Positions 62,661 through 64,000 of a stretch of 64,000 nucleotides of DNA are shown here, one piece after another. Under the pieces are notes generated by a model. That model had not been told where the DNA came from. It did no database searches and saw nothing but the letters and a program-made list of their open reading frames with translations. Source of the DNA: Octopus sinensis (taxonomy: Eukaryota); the NCBI RefSeq assembly GCF_006345805.1, contig NC_043010.1, forward strand, positions 34,224,001 through 34,288,000. The letters are read 5' to 3'. Position numbers and translations under genes: made by a program. Within the stretch, counting starts at the first letter, position 1. Every line of letters starts with the position of its first letter.

Positions 62661-62750
62661 TCCACATGGGCTTTATCAATACAAATGTACATCACATCTT
62701 TGTATCCTATTCAACTATTTTCTTCTGCCTACCCACTCTTGCAGCATATC

Positions 62751-62809
<59 letters not shown>

Positions 62810-63379
62810 TCACACACACTTGGGGCTCTATCATTACAAATGTACATCACTTCTAATATATCTTAGACTATTTTCTACCTCTACCACATTGCTGTTTTAT
62901 TAATATTTATTATTATAATTACATTGGGGGGACCCCCCACCCTGTTTTCTATACAAATGTACATACATCAGTTCTATATTCCTGGAGTAGTTTCCTTTCA
63001 CTATCACCCCCACCTCCCACCCCCGCTTGTCCACAGCCTCATCCTATACCGTCTTCATCCTCTCAGCTCTCTAAACTGTACCCTACATGCACACATATTT
63101 CTAGCAGTGATGGTGTAATGTGTAGTGTTTTTCAGCTAGATTTACTGATGATGATGAGAATAAGAGAGAGAGGGAGAGAGAGGGAGAGAGAGGGAGAGAG
63201 AGGAAGAGAGAGAGGAAGAGAGAGAAGGAGAAAGAGAGAGGGAGAGAGAGAGAGTCTAGTGATTCTCTTTACTTACAATATGAATTCTTTGACTGCGTGG
63301 ACCCCCTCCTTTACACTCTGTGTGGGAGGTATTTAAGCAAATAATTAAATCTTGATGATATTTTAAAGTTTCTTACAGC

Positions 63380-63573
63380 TTACTTGTTTATACATACATG
63401 CATACATACACATACATACATACATACATACATACATACATACATACATACATACATACTTACATATACACATACATATGTATATTATATATATTGTATA
63501 ATAATATATATTGCACACAAACACACATATATATTATATTTTTATTATATATGTTATATGTATTTTATATAGC

Positions 63574-63629
<56 letters not shown>

Positions 63630-63632
63630 CAT

Positions 63633-63683
<51 letters not shown>

Positions 63684-63733
63684 CACTTACATAAATACAT
63701 ATACATATATATAATATATATATACATACATAT

Positions 63734-63805
<72 letters not shown>

Positions 63806-63830
63806 TATATAAGACACTCATGTGTATGGA
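63380..63830. repeat. (TACA)/(TA)n microsatellite field
   Basis: Directly visible. Confidence 0.9.
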
Positions 63831-64000
63831 TATGTATGAATAAGTATAGTTGAATATGTGTAGTTTTTTCATTACTCAATTCCTGGCACCACATACAATC
63901 TCATGTCATAATTAATCTCTATGTGAGATATTTACCAAACAATTAACCCCATGGAATTTTTAGCCATTATATATCTTGGTGAGTGTATGTGTGTGTGTAT

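Noticed and set aside
55842-63894. Many Y/I/H/T/V/C-rich ORFs, including 279 aa at 61264-62103
   Set aside because: They are translations of TA, TG and GATA microsatellites.

Overview
Eukaryotic, AT-rich, repeat-saturated DNA, most likely octopus/cephalopod (inferred from the SINE/RTE-tail families and microsatellite load; not database-checked). No multi-exon host gene can be assembled from sequence alone, and most ORFs in the supplied track are microsatellite or antisense artefacts. Main elements: a full-length Tx1-clade LINE (16138-21704, minus; intact 615-aa ORF1, disrupted ORF2), R4/Dong-clade LINE remnants, many RTE and CR1 fragments, decayed maT and mariner transposons, several MITEs, Helitron-type elements, a Gypsy integrase fragment, a probable LTR and three tRNA-derived SINE families. 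Best second-look signals: (1) about ten minimal type I hammerhead-ribozyme motifs from several Penelope-like repeat families, including a perfect 69-bp palindrome in which each arm is a complete hammerhead; (2) templated copy-and-insert rearrangements inside two LINEs; (3) a Tx1 element bracketed by (ATT)n; (4) candidate minus-strand host exons (an 18-nt micro-exon and a signal-peptide-like first exon). All structures were folded by eye, not computed.
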